DNA of 64,000 bases, taken from assembly GCA_053919585.1 (NCBI GenBank), contig CM132787.1, one strand, 5' to 3'. The notes under the pieces were generated by a model that did no database searches, was not told the DNA's origin, and worked only from the letters and a program-made list of their open reading frames with translations. The first letter of the stretch is position 1. Each line of letters begins with the position of its first letter. Source of the DNA: Euprymna scolopes. Lineage: Eukaryota. The position numbers and the translations under genes were made by a program. Shown here piece by piece: positions 11,155-22,718 of this stretch.

Positions 11155-11570
11155 CTAGCATTTCAGCCCGGCGTTGCCCGGGTGTTCGGATGTGTATGGT
11201 GAGCAAAAAAAAAAGTGGTAGTAGGAAGGCAAGCTCGAACCCATACTGCAAAGGAGGAAAAGAACGGAGTAAAACCTAACGTTAACAACCACCGCCAAAC
11301 CGGAAGCGACATTTTTTTTTAATTAAGGCTGGACAATCTAAAGAGAGGATAACTTTCAAAAATATCGGCGAAAAAAGTGACCCCCCTGTAGAAAAGTGCC
11401 TAGTTGAAGGGGAAGATATTAATGTTTTTAGCCTATTTTTCGATATTTGTCCTATGAAAGGTCGAACTTTAAAACGATACTGATCTTGGTAAAATCCGTC
11501 GCCTCTATTGAAAGTTTAAGGCAGACATGCAAAATACATACATACATACATACATTTATATATTATTAAC
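11155..11570 (-). mobile_element. Non-autonomous Helitron-like element
   Basis: The minus-strand 3' end reads CCCGGGCAACGCCGGGC (hairpin), then TGAAATG-CTAG|T. The opposite end has TAATATATAAA followed by (TGTA)n. Confidence 0.7.
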
Positions 11571-11630
11571 TAAAAATTTTCGAACAAAACTGATGAAAAA
11601 GCTTGCCCTATCTCTGAATACCCTTTATGT

Positions 11631-11982
11631 AAAATTTCAAATGTTTAGACCAAAAATTGTCTGAGTAATTTGGTATAGACCGCAGACGTCAATTTTTTTT
11701 TAAATTTGACCCCTATTATGACCCCTTAAAATTTATAGTTTCGGGCTCAAATCACTTTATTAAGTTAGATCCAGGTTCAAGGAACCTATATCTAAAATTT
11801 GAAGTGTCTAGACCCAAAATTGTCGGAGGAGTTTGGTAGAGTTCTTAAAGGTCAAATCGTTGAAATTTTACCCCTTCACAGCCAAATTTCTGGCTGACAC
11901 CCGTCACACCGATTTTCCCAAATCTCAGTACCCGGTATTTCAAATTTCGAGTCTATAGACTAAAAATTGACAGAGTTATTGC
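11631..11982 (+). repeat. Three diverged ~150-165 bp satellite-like units (Helentron/HINE-like internal repeats)
   Basis: The motif AAATTT(C/G)(A/G)A..(G/C)T.TAGAC.AAAATTG.C.GAG recurs at ~11631, ~11794 and ~11942. The third copy runs into an N block. Confidence 0.55.
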
Positions 11983-12534
11983 NNNNNNNNNNNNNNNNNN
12001 NNNNNNNNNNNNNNNNNNNNNNNNNNNNNNNNNNNNNNNNNNNNNNNNNNNNNNNNNNNNNNNNNNNNNNNNNNNNNNNNNNNNNNNNNNNNNNNNNNNN
12101 NNNNNNNNNNNNNNNNNNNNNNNNNNNNNNNNNNNNNNNNNNNNNNNNNNNNNNNNNNNNNNNNNNNNNNNNNNNNNNNNNNNNNNNNNNNNNNNNNNNN
12201 NNNNNNNNNNNNNNNNNNNNNNNNNNNNNNNNNNNNNNNNNNNNNNNNNNNNNNNNNNNNNNNNNNNNNNNNNNNNNNNNNNNNNNNNNNNNNNNNNNNN
12301 NNNNNNNNNNNNNNNNNNNNNNNNNNNNNNNNNNNNNNNNNNNNNNNNNNNNNNNNNTCTTTAACAGACTATGGATACCCGCCGTAGTGGTGTCTGCGCG
12401 TGAGATTTTTTTGTGGAAGAAGATGCGCAATCTCCAACCACACCTCTCCTGAGTCGACATTGTTTAAATACCAGTGGCAAGTGAAGTGTATGTACAGGAC
12501 GACTGGAAACAAATGCTGAGATAAGCGGAGAGCA

Positions 12535-12622
12535 CATACAGCGCCTAGAATTCCCAAATGGTCACCCATCTGGTACTAACAAGGCTCAACGGTGCTTAAC
12601 TTTGGTGATCTGACGAGAACCG
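12535..12622 (-). pseudogene. 5S rRNA-derived sequence (pseudogene or SINE3-type head); 5' part hidden by Ns
   Basis: Minus strand CGGTTCTCGTCAGATCACCAAAGTTAAGCACCGTTGAGCCTTGTTAGTACCAGATGGGTGACCATTTGGGAATTCTAGGCGCTGTA matches roughly nt 28-118 of animal 5S rRNA, including the A box (AGTTAAGC) and C box (GATGGGTGACC). It has several substitutions and no T-run terminator directly after. Confidence 0.85.
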
Positions 12623-14476
12623 NNNNNNNNNNNNNNNNNNNNNNNNNNNNNNNNNNNNNNNNNNNNNNNNNNNNNNNNNNNNNNNNNNNNNNNNNNNNNN
12701 NNNNNNNNNNNNNNNNNNNNNNNNNNNNNNNNNNNNNNNNNNNNNNNNNNNNNNNNNNNNNNNNNNNNNNNNNNNNNNNCGTTCAACGTCGCGAAAAGCA
12801 TATTTCTACATTATCAATTTAATTTAAATTTTCAGAAAATCTATCTGTAAAGTCAATGAATGTTTGAATGTTATTAAAATAATTTAACATTGCGAATTAT
12901 AAAAATATCAATTAAAATATAAATATTTTTCGTAAGTCGTTTCTGCGAGAATGCCCGGTTTTATTTCCGGTAACTTCCGTTTCAACTACTCTCGAATTAC
13001 AAGATAAGTAAAAAAAAGGTACATGCAGAGAGTTATCCGTGCTGAAATAATAACGTTATTATTTAAAAAGCCATTCTTAACATGGGGAGGGAAGGGTGTT
13101 TTGTACCTATTCTGTACTTTAACCTTACAACTGAATAAAAAAACATCATAAAACTTTAATTAAACGTGGAAATACGATTTAAAAAATAGCGCGGATCACT
13201 CTCTGCATTAGCACAAAAAAATCCTCTATTTTTTAAATTTATGTATCTTACCAAATTTTTTCCTTTGTTTATCTTAAGGCTTTCACTCATCAAACATTAC
13301 GGTTTAATTGTTTAGTTTCTTTCGTGGCATTGTTTACATAAAAACGTTTGTTTTAACTTTTTCTAAACTGTTTCATTTTTACGTCATGCCTCAGCGTATT
13401 ATGAACACCCTAACCTCCCCATGTTAAAAACGGCTTTCAAATTAAACACGCTCTTCCACAAACCTCGAAAGCCGTTCTAAACATGGGGAGGTTTGGGGTA
13501 TCATTCCGAAAGTCGTTTTAACATGGAGAGATTAGGTGTTTATAATATGCTGGGGAGAGTCGTAAAATTAACGAAGTTGCTATTTATTATTTATAACAAT
13601 GTTTAAAATTATTTATTTGTTTGAAAAAAAAAACTATTTTATAAAAGTCCAATGTTGCTTTCATTTCAAAATTGTTTTCTTAAATTATATTTTTCACGCA
13701 AACTTTTCAATCAATGTTTTTACAATTATATTTCGATTCCCAGTAAAAAAAATAAAAAACAACCCACTTCTCCGTTAAAAAAAACAATCATTTAAATTAA
13801 TTTGCTGTTGGCCTTTCAAAGTTGCTTTAATTTTTAAAAAAATATATAAAATTATTTATTTGTTTGAAAAAAAAACACACACACAAACGAAAAATAAACA
13901 AACAAAAAAAACTAATAAATGTTTTTGTTTCCAAATGGCGCTCGCCCAGTTTAAACAATTATGAATATGTCATTTCAATTTTCTGTTTTTAATAAAAAAA
14001 AAATGTTCCATGAAAAACTTTCCCGTTCTCATTAATTAAATCGAGACATTTCTAATTAAACAATTATGGATATATGTTTTTTTTTTCACTTTATTCATTT
14101 ACTTGTTTTCACAGACTCTTTTCGGAAGTTTAATTTTTTTTTCGAACAAATAAATAATTTTAAACATTCTTTTGTCAAGATTCATTTTCTCCAGTAATAT
14201 CGGTTTACCGAATTTCTGGAAATAATAAATGATAATTTTAGTTTAATTTAACGTTTCCGGAAGTAATAAATGTTAATTTTGGTAAATTTATTCTCTCCCT
14301 TTCCGGAAGCAATCGTTCGGCCATATAATGATGTCTCCCCTAGATTTGGATAGCAAGTGCGTGAAAAAAATGGCGTCTCCAATTTCGTCAATAAAGGGTA
14401 GAAGCACCATTTTATTCATTGTTGGTTCATTCAAAAAGTCATTTGGAAAATAAATATTTAAAATAAAGTGGTCCTG

Positions 14477-15590
14477 GGGCGTTGAGTTCCATGGCGACCA
14501 ACAGAATTATTTAATGGTCACTCCCTTAGCCCCCCCTTAGTCAAGGCTAACGCATGCGCACGCAACATTTATCATGTATTTACTTACGTTGCCTTTCGCA
14601 CTTTTACAAACATTATTTATTTACGTTGGCTTAACTCTTTTCATGAATAAAAAAGTAACTAAACCTGAATTTGTCACTTTTACAAAAATTTATTTATTTA
14701 CGTTGGCTTAACTCTTTACATGAATATTGGAAAAAAAGTTTTACTCTTTATGAATGTTAAAAGAAAAAAGTTATTTGCATTTATTAATAATTTCTCACTT
14801 TTACAAACATACATTGCTTAACTCTTTTCATGAATATTAAAAAAAAAAACTAAACCATGTATTGATAATTTCTCACTTTTAAAGACATTTTTAATTTACA
14901 TGGGTGGATAATTTTGGGGGTAAATATTTACATTTAGGTCCACCTCCACAATTTTCTTTTTTAAATGACGACTTTTATTGATAAATAAATCTACTTCTCT
15001 GCAACTTTTATCGATAAATAAATCTACTTATCTGCAACGGGCACTGAACCCCTCCTTTTTTTTAAATAGTATTTTCGGGTAGGTATGCTGACAACAAATA
15101 TCAGTTAAATTTTTCAAATATTTTTTCATCCCCCTCCCTCCAAAAATGGTGTTTATTCCGGAAGCTGTTCTTAAGATGAGGAGGTTGGGGTGATTATAAG
15201 GTGGACCTAATCTTAAAAAAATACCAAGTTTTTAAATGATTGAAATAATTTCTCACTTTTACAAACATTTTTACATGCGCACATAAGCAACTATTTTTTA
15301 TTAACTTTTTTATTTAAAAATAAGTAAATTGTAATGAATAGAATAATAAATCATTTATCATTAATATGTGTTTTTGGTTTTGTGAATTTTTTTTTATTAC
15401 AACAATAATGAACCAATTTAAATCGTCCAACATGCGTTTAAGTGTTACGAAGTTATCAATAAATCGTTTAGTTACTAAGCCAACGTCAGTAAATAAAAAA
15501 TGTTACGTTCGCATGCATTAGCCTTGACTAGGGGGGACTAAGGGAGCGACCATTAAATAATTATGCTAGTCGCCATGGAACTCAACGCCC
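14477..15590. mobile_element. Non-coding foldback/long-TIR element (~95-120 bp imperfect TIRs) with internal subrepeats
   Basis: GGGCGTTGAGTTCCATGGCGAC...AGTCAAGGCTAACGCATGCG (from 14477) is the reverse complement of ~15500-15590. Internal repeats CACTTTTACAAA and ACGTTGGCTTAACTCTTT. Nested IR TTAGGTCCACCT (14934-45)/AGGTGGACCTAA (15199-210). Confidence 0.75.
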
Positions 15591-15862
15591 AATGAGTACC
15601 TAAAGTGGCACTTATGCACTTATGTTATCGTGCTATATTTTAAAATAGTATTTTCACACTAAATTCAAATTTACAATATATTTTTCTTTTATCAATGTGT
15701 TAGGTGAAAGTACAGATAACCCGGTCGGTTTCTAATGGGTGGAAAATCTAGCTCCCCAAAAAAAAGGGTACTCTGGATGGTAACAAAAAATTAAAATTGC
15801 CTCGGTCTCGAAAGATTTCTCCTCTACTGAACGAGGAAAAAAACGGTGAAGTGTAGTTCACC

Positions 15863-16140
15863 TTCTGTTTCTCTCTCTTCCTCTCTCTATCCATCTCTCC
15901 CTTTCCCTCCCTCAATCCATCTTTCTCTTTATATCACCCTCTCCATCTCTCTTTGAGCCCCTTTCTCTCTCTAACTCCCTCTATCTCTCTCCTTCCCTCT
16001 GTCTCACCCTCTCTGTTTCTAACTCTCCCCCTCTCTCTGTCTATCTATCAATCCCTTTATCTCTCTCTATCTCCTTCTCTATTTTCCTCTCACTTTCTCT
16101 TTTCTATCTATATATCTTCCTCTCTATCTGTCCATCTCTA
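15863..16140. repeat. Degenerate (CT)n polypyrimidine low-complexity tract
   Basis: About 280 bp, mostly C/T on the + strand. Confidence 0.92.
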
Positions 16141-16269
16141 ATCCCTCATCCTATTTTAGTCTCCTAAATTAATTACAGTGAATAAGGCATTGCCAAAACT
16201 TGGATAAACCCTATTTTAGTCACCTAATTTACTGACTGTGTGAATAGAAGTTATTTGGAAATTACTGCT

Positions 16270-17515
16270 ACCTTGAACAGCACAAGAAGTAACTGGTAAA
16301 AACTTTCTAATTAAATTAGCCTTATCCCTTGATGCATGAGGAATACCTGCGACCTTGCTTGCAAAGTAGACGAATTATTTATTCTACTTTGAAAAATTCA
16401 AAAATCTCATGTTCGACATCTCCAAAACATCCAATATGGGGAAGAATATTGCAGAAATGCAAACTTATTGTTTAGGATGAATGCACAATGGTACGCAAAA
16501 AATCTCTTGAGGCTCTTGGTCGATCCTTACAAGATTTGCGTGGCAATGTCAGACTATTTAGGAATGCAGTAATATTGCTTGCAGGAGATTTCAGACAAAT
16601 GTTACCTGTTATTCTTCAATCAACACCAGCAGATGAAATAAGTGTTTGTCTCAAATACTCTACTTTTTTGTGCCATGTGAAGATATTAAACTTAACTCAA
16701 AATATGCATATCCAGTTGCAGACTGTTCGATCCGGACATAAATTTTTGCATCACTTGTGGGAAATTGGGTACGGAAAAGTGCCAGCTGATCAGAGATAAG
16801 GGCAAAATTCTTTGACTTTTAACTTCCGTAATTTTATTACATCAAAAGAAGAGTTTGTTTAAAAGGTTTTTGCAGATATTCAAATTATAAGAATTCCACT
16901 TGAGCGAGTGAACATGCTATTCTTGCAGAGACGTCCACGCTATTATACAATGTAAAATTCTAAATGAGGTAGTCAAATACAAATCCATCAAAACTGTTGT
17001 TAAAGCAGATAAAGTGGTTAATTATCCAACAGCTATATTTGCCAGGGATGCCACCGCATGAATTGCAACTGAAATTTGGTGTACTAATTATCATGTTGTG
17101 AAATATAAACCAAGCCAAGCTTTCCAAAGGCACATGGCTTGCAGTAAAAAAAATATCATAGAAACAACAATCATAACAACTTTTTTACAGATGAATATAT
17201 CTTCATTCCATGCATTCCTATGATTCCACCGGATACATCATTACACTTTAGGAAATTGCACTTTCCAATTTTATTGTCGTTTGCAATAACAATCAACAAA
17301 GCACAGGGAACAATATTTATAATTATGTGGCTTACAGTTACACACTGACTGTTTTTTCACATGGACAATTTATGTTACGTATTCAAGAGTCACAAAACTT
17401 GAAAATGGAACAACAAAAAATGTGTATACATACGAAATGGAAAATTAAACCTATTACAAACTTGCTTTTTCTCATTTCGGAACTTTTTCTATTGCGCCAG
17501 TTTGAGCCATAGCAA
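16270..17515 (+). mobile_element. Helitron relic: Pif1-family helicase C-terminal domain (pseudogene) and start of the 3' terminal hairpin
   Basis: Walker A remnant (..TGK/TFLIKL, ~16290), then CKLIV*DECTM, LLAGDFRQMLPVI, LTQNM, LPGMPPHELQLK, FPI..FAITINKAQG and VFSHGQ, with stops and frameshifts. It ends GCCATAGCAA, resembling the first arm of a Helitron 3' hairpin, and is cut by Ns. Confidence 0.92.
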
Positions 17516-19381
17516 NNNNNNNNNNNNNNNNNNNNNNNNNNNNNNNNNNNNNNNNNNNNNNNNNNNNNNNNNNNNNNNNNNNNNNNNNNNNNNNNNNNNN
17601 NNNNNNNNNNNNNNNNNNNNNNNNNNNNNNNNNNNNNNNNNNNATTAAAACATTTCCTATTTAAAAAGAAAATACAACTTTGTCATATATGGATCATGGA
17701 ATTGCATTAATCTGCAAAAGATCAAGCTAATTTTCCTATTCTTTTAAACATTGATTTTAATTAATTCCCTATTAGTTCTTTTCGGTTTTCTGATGGGATA
17801 ATCATCTTTAGTTAACTATTACGTGTAATTATATTCATGCAGATATTCAACATAGTTTATGCTTGCGTAATATTTGCGTAAAAAGGTTATAGTAAACAAA
17901 AACGTATTTTTTCATATATATTTATGTGTGCGTATATATATTTCTTTTAAAATTTTACCTACCAAACTTTCCTGTCAATTTTTTGGTCTAAGTGCGTGAA
18001 ACTTTATATACAGGGTATTCTAATTGATGCGAAACTTTATATTCGTGTTTTAGCCGGGAAAAATCGTTGTAAATGTGTGAAAATAAAAGAAATAGAATTT
18101 GCCAGGTGAAGGTCAAACGATGGCATTACCAATATGCATGCGTAACGTAATAGCTATTGGCTCATGTTTTAATTTTTAGCATTGCAGCTAAACATGCCTA
18201 CATAGCTCAGACATAAATGTCAAAGGAAAAAGTAAATTGTAAGTTAAACGTGTTGGTTTCNNNNNNNNNNNNNNNNNNNNNNNNNNNNNNNNNNNNNNNN
18301 NNNNNNNNNNNNNNNNNNNNNNNNNNNNNNNNNNNNNNNNNNNNNNNNNNNNNNNNNNNNNNNNNNNNNNNNNNNNNNNNNNNNNNNNNNNNNNNNNNNN
18401 NNNNNTATATATATTGTGTGTTCATAATTTAAAGTTATTGTATGGACATTTGAATAGTTGCAGATCCGATTGCTCATCTTTAAACGTCTTTGCGCACCTG
18501 CTGCCATTTTATAACACTAAGGCATAATAGCGTAGAGTGAGTCGGGAAAAACGCGAATAATGTGCTCGTAGTTTCAAATGCTAAAAATCCTCGCCTCCCA
18601 AAGAAAAAAAAAGCAAATAAAAAGGAAAAAGCTTCAGTATTTATTTGTCCAAAGCTCTATGACAAAAAAGAAAAGAAAATGATATTCGTGAGGCGTCACT
18701 CGTATGCAGCGCACTTGTTGAGACTTGACGCCCGCAACAGAATAATGCAGCTGCCATTTCGGTCACGTGTGCTGCGGTGGGTTTTAAAATGATAAAAGCA
18801 ATATAAAAAATATTTGGAGTGAGATTGGTGACATTTTTCTATACAAATACATGCTTAGTTTTTTATAAAGATATGTTATCACATAAACTTTATATAATTT
18901 TTATTTTAGTTCGAAAAATCTTAAATATAATCGTCAATTTACTATGAAGAAAAGATCAAAATGATTTTTCGATATGTGGAGACTAAATAAGAAAAGGATA
19001 CGTTACGGCAGATAGAAATTAATCGTCTTTATTTGTGAAAGAAAATCGTTTTAGAAATAACTGAATTATATCGAAACATGGAGGATATGCTTACTATTTT
19101 TAATGCTATTGTGAAATCTAGAATCGGCAATGTCGAGTTCGAATACATTCTTACCCTTTACATTATGATATGATGTAATACCATTGAGAAATACGTTATC
19201 CAATAACTGCCCTTATTTTTAAAATAACAACTTGTGTTTAACTAATTGTATAATATTACGGCGTCAAGTGAAAGTAATTTTTTTTGTTACAAAATGAATA
19301 ACATTTATTGGAAAAAATCAAATATCAGAGAATTATCCGAGTTTCATTTAATTATCAGCATTTACTAATTAAATATTGGTG

Positions 19382-19383
<2 letters not shown>

Positions 19384-19417
<34 letters not shown>

Positions 19418-19438
19418 ATTATTATTATTATTATTATT
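19384..19438. repeat. Compound (TA)n(TAT)n microsatellite
   Basis: Visible directly. Confidence 0.95.
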
Positions 19439-19765
19439 AGAACAAAGAATAACGATCTTTTATCGCATAAAAGAGTCGACAACACTACCTCTATAATTAC
19501 AGTATTTAACACTAATACGCCGTTGGAAAATGTATAAATAACATTGCGTTTCATGAACATATCACTTGCAAAACTGTTGTGATTAAGCGTTAAATACATT
19601 AAAAAGATATATTACAGGAAAGAGTGTATAAACACAATAGAAAAGTTAGCTAATCCATACACATCTCTCCCTGCACTACGATTTTTAAGAAGTAAAAGAT
19701 GATATTATTATTACTAAAAAGTATGGTGTAAAGGACACTTAGATATGTCTTTAAAATTTTGTTCA

Positions 19766-19861
19766 TATACGAACCGTGCTTATACGAATCGTGCTTATAC
19801 GAACCGTGCTTATACGAATCGTGCTTATACGAACCGTGCTTATACGAACTGTGCTTATACG
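19766..19861. repeat. 15-bp minisatellite TATACGAAYCGTGCT, ~6 copies
   Basis: Units alternate GAACCG/GAATCG, giving a 30-bp dimer periodicity. Confidence 0.95.
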
Positions 19862-19939
19862 TAAGGAAAACAATTTCCAATTTGCAAATGTCTTGTAAAA
19901 TTGTCCTCAACTATCGACACAGTATCTGAAACAGCAAAT

Positions 19940-20690
19940 ATAATTTTCTTGGTTGATGGTGTCACTGCTTATTAAAGCCGGAGGTCACTCTAGGATAAGG
20001 ATTAATAAGTGTTAGATACGAGGTAAGACAACACCCGATGATCAGTTATGGTGGAACTTGGAAACGGTATAATTATTTATGGGCGGCTCAACAAGAACTT
20101 ATATACATTTGACTTGAATACGACGATGTTATAGCCAACTGGGAAGCAGCTCCACTGTGTTCTGTTCCGCAGATGGACAGTAAAAGCAATGGAACTCTGT
20201 CTGTAAAATTGTTATTTAGTTTAAGAAACAGATAGTCAGTAAGGGACATTGTTGACGGTTGTTGTAGATAAACGAGGATTTGTTGCGAAATGTTGTGAGT
20301 CAGAACTATAGACTGGAGCTCAGTCGAACACTTACCATGAAAGTAACGATACTGTAGAAATATATCTGTAACATTTATTCTGTGAGAAAGATGAGGTAGG
20401 GAGGCGAAAAGCTCCCTGCCCACTAGATTTCGAAGACGGCTTTGTACACTGTCAAGACACGAAAGAGTATTGCGGCAACAGTATTCTATCTTGTGTATTT
20501 GAACCTTGTACATGTCGTAGATTGTGTTGGAAGTGAGATGTTTTCAGAAGCGATAGAATGGCCCTACAATATTTCTAGTCATTTTGACAATGGACCTTAT
20601 GAAAATCTCCCCTTTTTAGGCCAGAGGTTTCTGAAAACAGAATACTTTCTCACAATAAGAGTGGTTCTTTCAACTGGGAACAACTAGGGG
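19940..20690 (-). mobile_element. 5'-truncated CR1/L2-group LINE (RT C-terminal region + 3' UTR), degenerate
   Basis: ORF 20088-20513 reads MYKVQIHKIEYCC..LDSVQSRL.NLVG..LPHLSHR.NV..FLQYRYFHGKCSTEL. These are the same family motifs as at 4700-4900. The 3' boundary is approximate. Confidence 0.85.
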
Positions 20691-21227
20691 TTTGGGGGTT
20701 AATGGTAAAAAAAAAGAAGATGGTTTAAGTGCATTAAAGGTAACATGCCATTTATTACCTCATGTCGGAGGAATGAGAATCAGAAAGATCTTGGTCATTG
20801 TCAATACCAGTGGAAAATATACGAATATCAACTATCAAATTTACTAACATGTGTCCATAAACTATTTCGAATTAATTGTTTTCAGCATTAATTAGTTATT
20901 TTATTAACTTCAAGTGCGTTAACCGTAAGTGATGATCGTATTCAAAAAAAAAATACTTTATTTACATATCTTTAAATACATTTTCAATTTTCCAATGAGT
21001 AAATACGTTTGAGCAACCTTTGAAAGGCTTGCATAAGAATACTAACACAGTTTATCTCAACGTTTATACGGCAATCTGTCCATAGTAAATGCACCAGAAA
21101 CATTTCTAATAAACAAATGTTAAGCAATTTTTGTAATTATTTACTGCATCGTAAATCTGTAACAAGATGTATACTACTAACGAATATAGCAGACGTGCAC
21201 AAGCAACAAACCAAGCTAACTGACAAA

Positions 21228-21418
21228 GTAGATGAAACCTTTTTTCATTACGAAATAAGGTAAAAATAAAAATAAATGTATTTTGTAAAAGTGAGATTTA
21301 TGACATAAATTACTTAATGATTAAATCATTAAATGATTTATGCCATAAATCTCACTTTCACAAAATACATTTATTTTTATTTTTACCTTATTTCGTAATG
21401 AAAAAATGTTTCATCTAC
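21228..21418. repeat. 191-bp near-perfect AT-rich palindrome (possible MITE/foldback)
   Basis: GTAGATGAAAC...ATGATT-A-AATCAT...GTTTCATCTAC, with 95-bp arms, a 1-nt centre at 21323 and few mismatches. Confidence 0.92.
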
Positions 21419-21977
21419 ATGTAAATAAAGTGTTTTTAACAAAGAAAAACTAAATTAAATAATTTATGAGAAACTAAGAGCAAGTGACATGAAGGAGTAC
21501 ATTAAATTAAGGGAATATTTTCCACATTTTCGCTAATAATAGCCCATGATTTACATAAGTTATTCTTGTCGGAATTAGCATACCGACGAGTAGAGGGGAG
21601 GGGAAGAAAAGACGGTTTAAATCTTGCAGCGAAATGTCGACGTTGCTTACAAGCAGTCTTTCCTTGTAAAAAGTAACAAATGGGTAACGACGGTCGAAGT
21701 GTAATTTGTCTAAAAGACTACAACAACTACAACAATAGTAGACCGGCCACCCCTTTTTATCTACTCCAACTCTCAGTCAACGAGTTACTGAAATGTCTAT
21801 TTAACTTGTAAGGAATATGCACTCAGGTTCTTTGATTAACGGACCACCGACCGTGTTGGTCACAGCTACCAACACTCCTTTCTTCTCCACCGATCTACCC
21901 TCGGCAAGTCAACCAATTCAAAATTCTCACATTCTAATTATTAAATATTAAGCAATAACAGCACACAACCTTTCGAA

Positions 21978-22718
21978 CATACACACATACGCTGATATGT
22001 AATAATATCATGATTTTATGATCTAATAATAATAATATCATAATATCATACACACATATGCTGATATGTAATAATATCATGATTATATGATCTAATAATA
22101 ATAATATCATAATATCATACACACATACGCTGATATGTAATAATATCATGATTATATGATCTAATAATAATAATATCATAATATCATACACACATACGCT
22201 GATATGTAATAATATCATGATTATATGATCTAATAATAATAATATCATAATATCATACACACATACGCTGATATGTAATAATATCATGATTATATGATCT
22301 AATAATAATAATATCATAATATCATACACACATACGCTGATATGTAATAATATCATGATTATATGATCTAATAATAATAATATCATAATATCATACACAC
22401 ATACGCTGATATGTAATAATATCATGATTATATGATCTAATAATAATAATATCATAATATCATACACACATACGCTGATATGTAATAATATCATGATTAT
22501 ATGATCTAATAATAATAATATCATAATATCATACACACATACGCTGATATGTAATAATATCATGATTATATGATCTAATAATAATAATATCATAATATCA
22601 TACACACATACGCTGATATGTAATAATATCATGATTATATGATCTAATAATAATGATATCATAATATCATACACACATACGCTGATATGTAATAATATCA
22701 TGATTATATGATCTAATA
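21978..22718. repeat. 69-bp minisatellite, ~10.7 nearly identical copies
   Basis: CATACACACATACGCTGATATGTAATAATATCATGATTATATGATCTAATAATAATAATATCATAATAT repeats with a 69-bp period. Confidence 0.97.

Noticed and set aside
12535-12622. Functional 5S rRNA gene
   Set aside because: It has several helix-disrupting substitutions, a small deletion before the C box and no Pol III terminator, so it is called as derived instead.
2049-18405. N blocks (2049-2220, 11983-12357, 12623-12779, 17516-17643, 18261-18405) and the X-containing ORFs spanning them
   Set aside because: These are gaps or masking, so the ORFs are artefacts. They hide the 5S 5' end and the Helitron 3' end.
20031-20075. Hammerhead-like CCGATGA-T-CAGTT..AACTTG-GAAAC antisense to the LINE 3' UTR
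   Set aside because: The core has U4C, stem II is bulged, and there is no stem I pairing.
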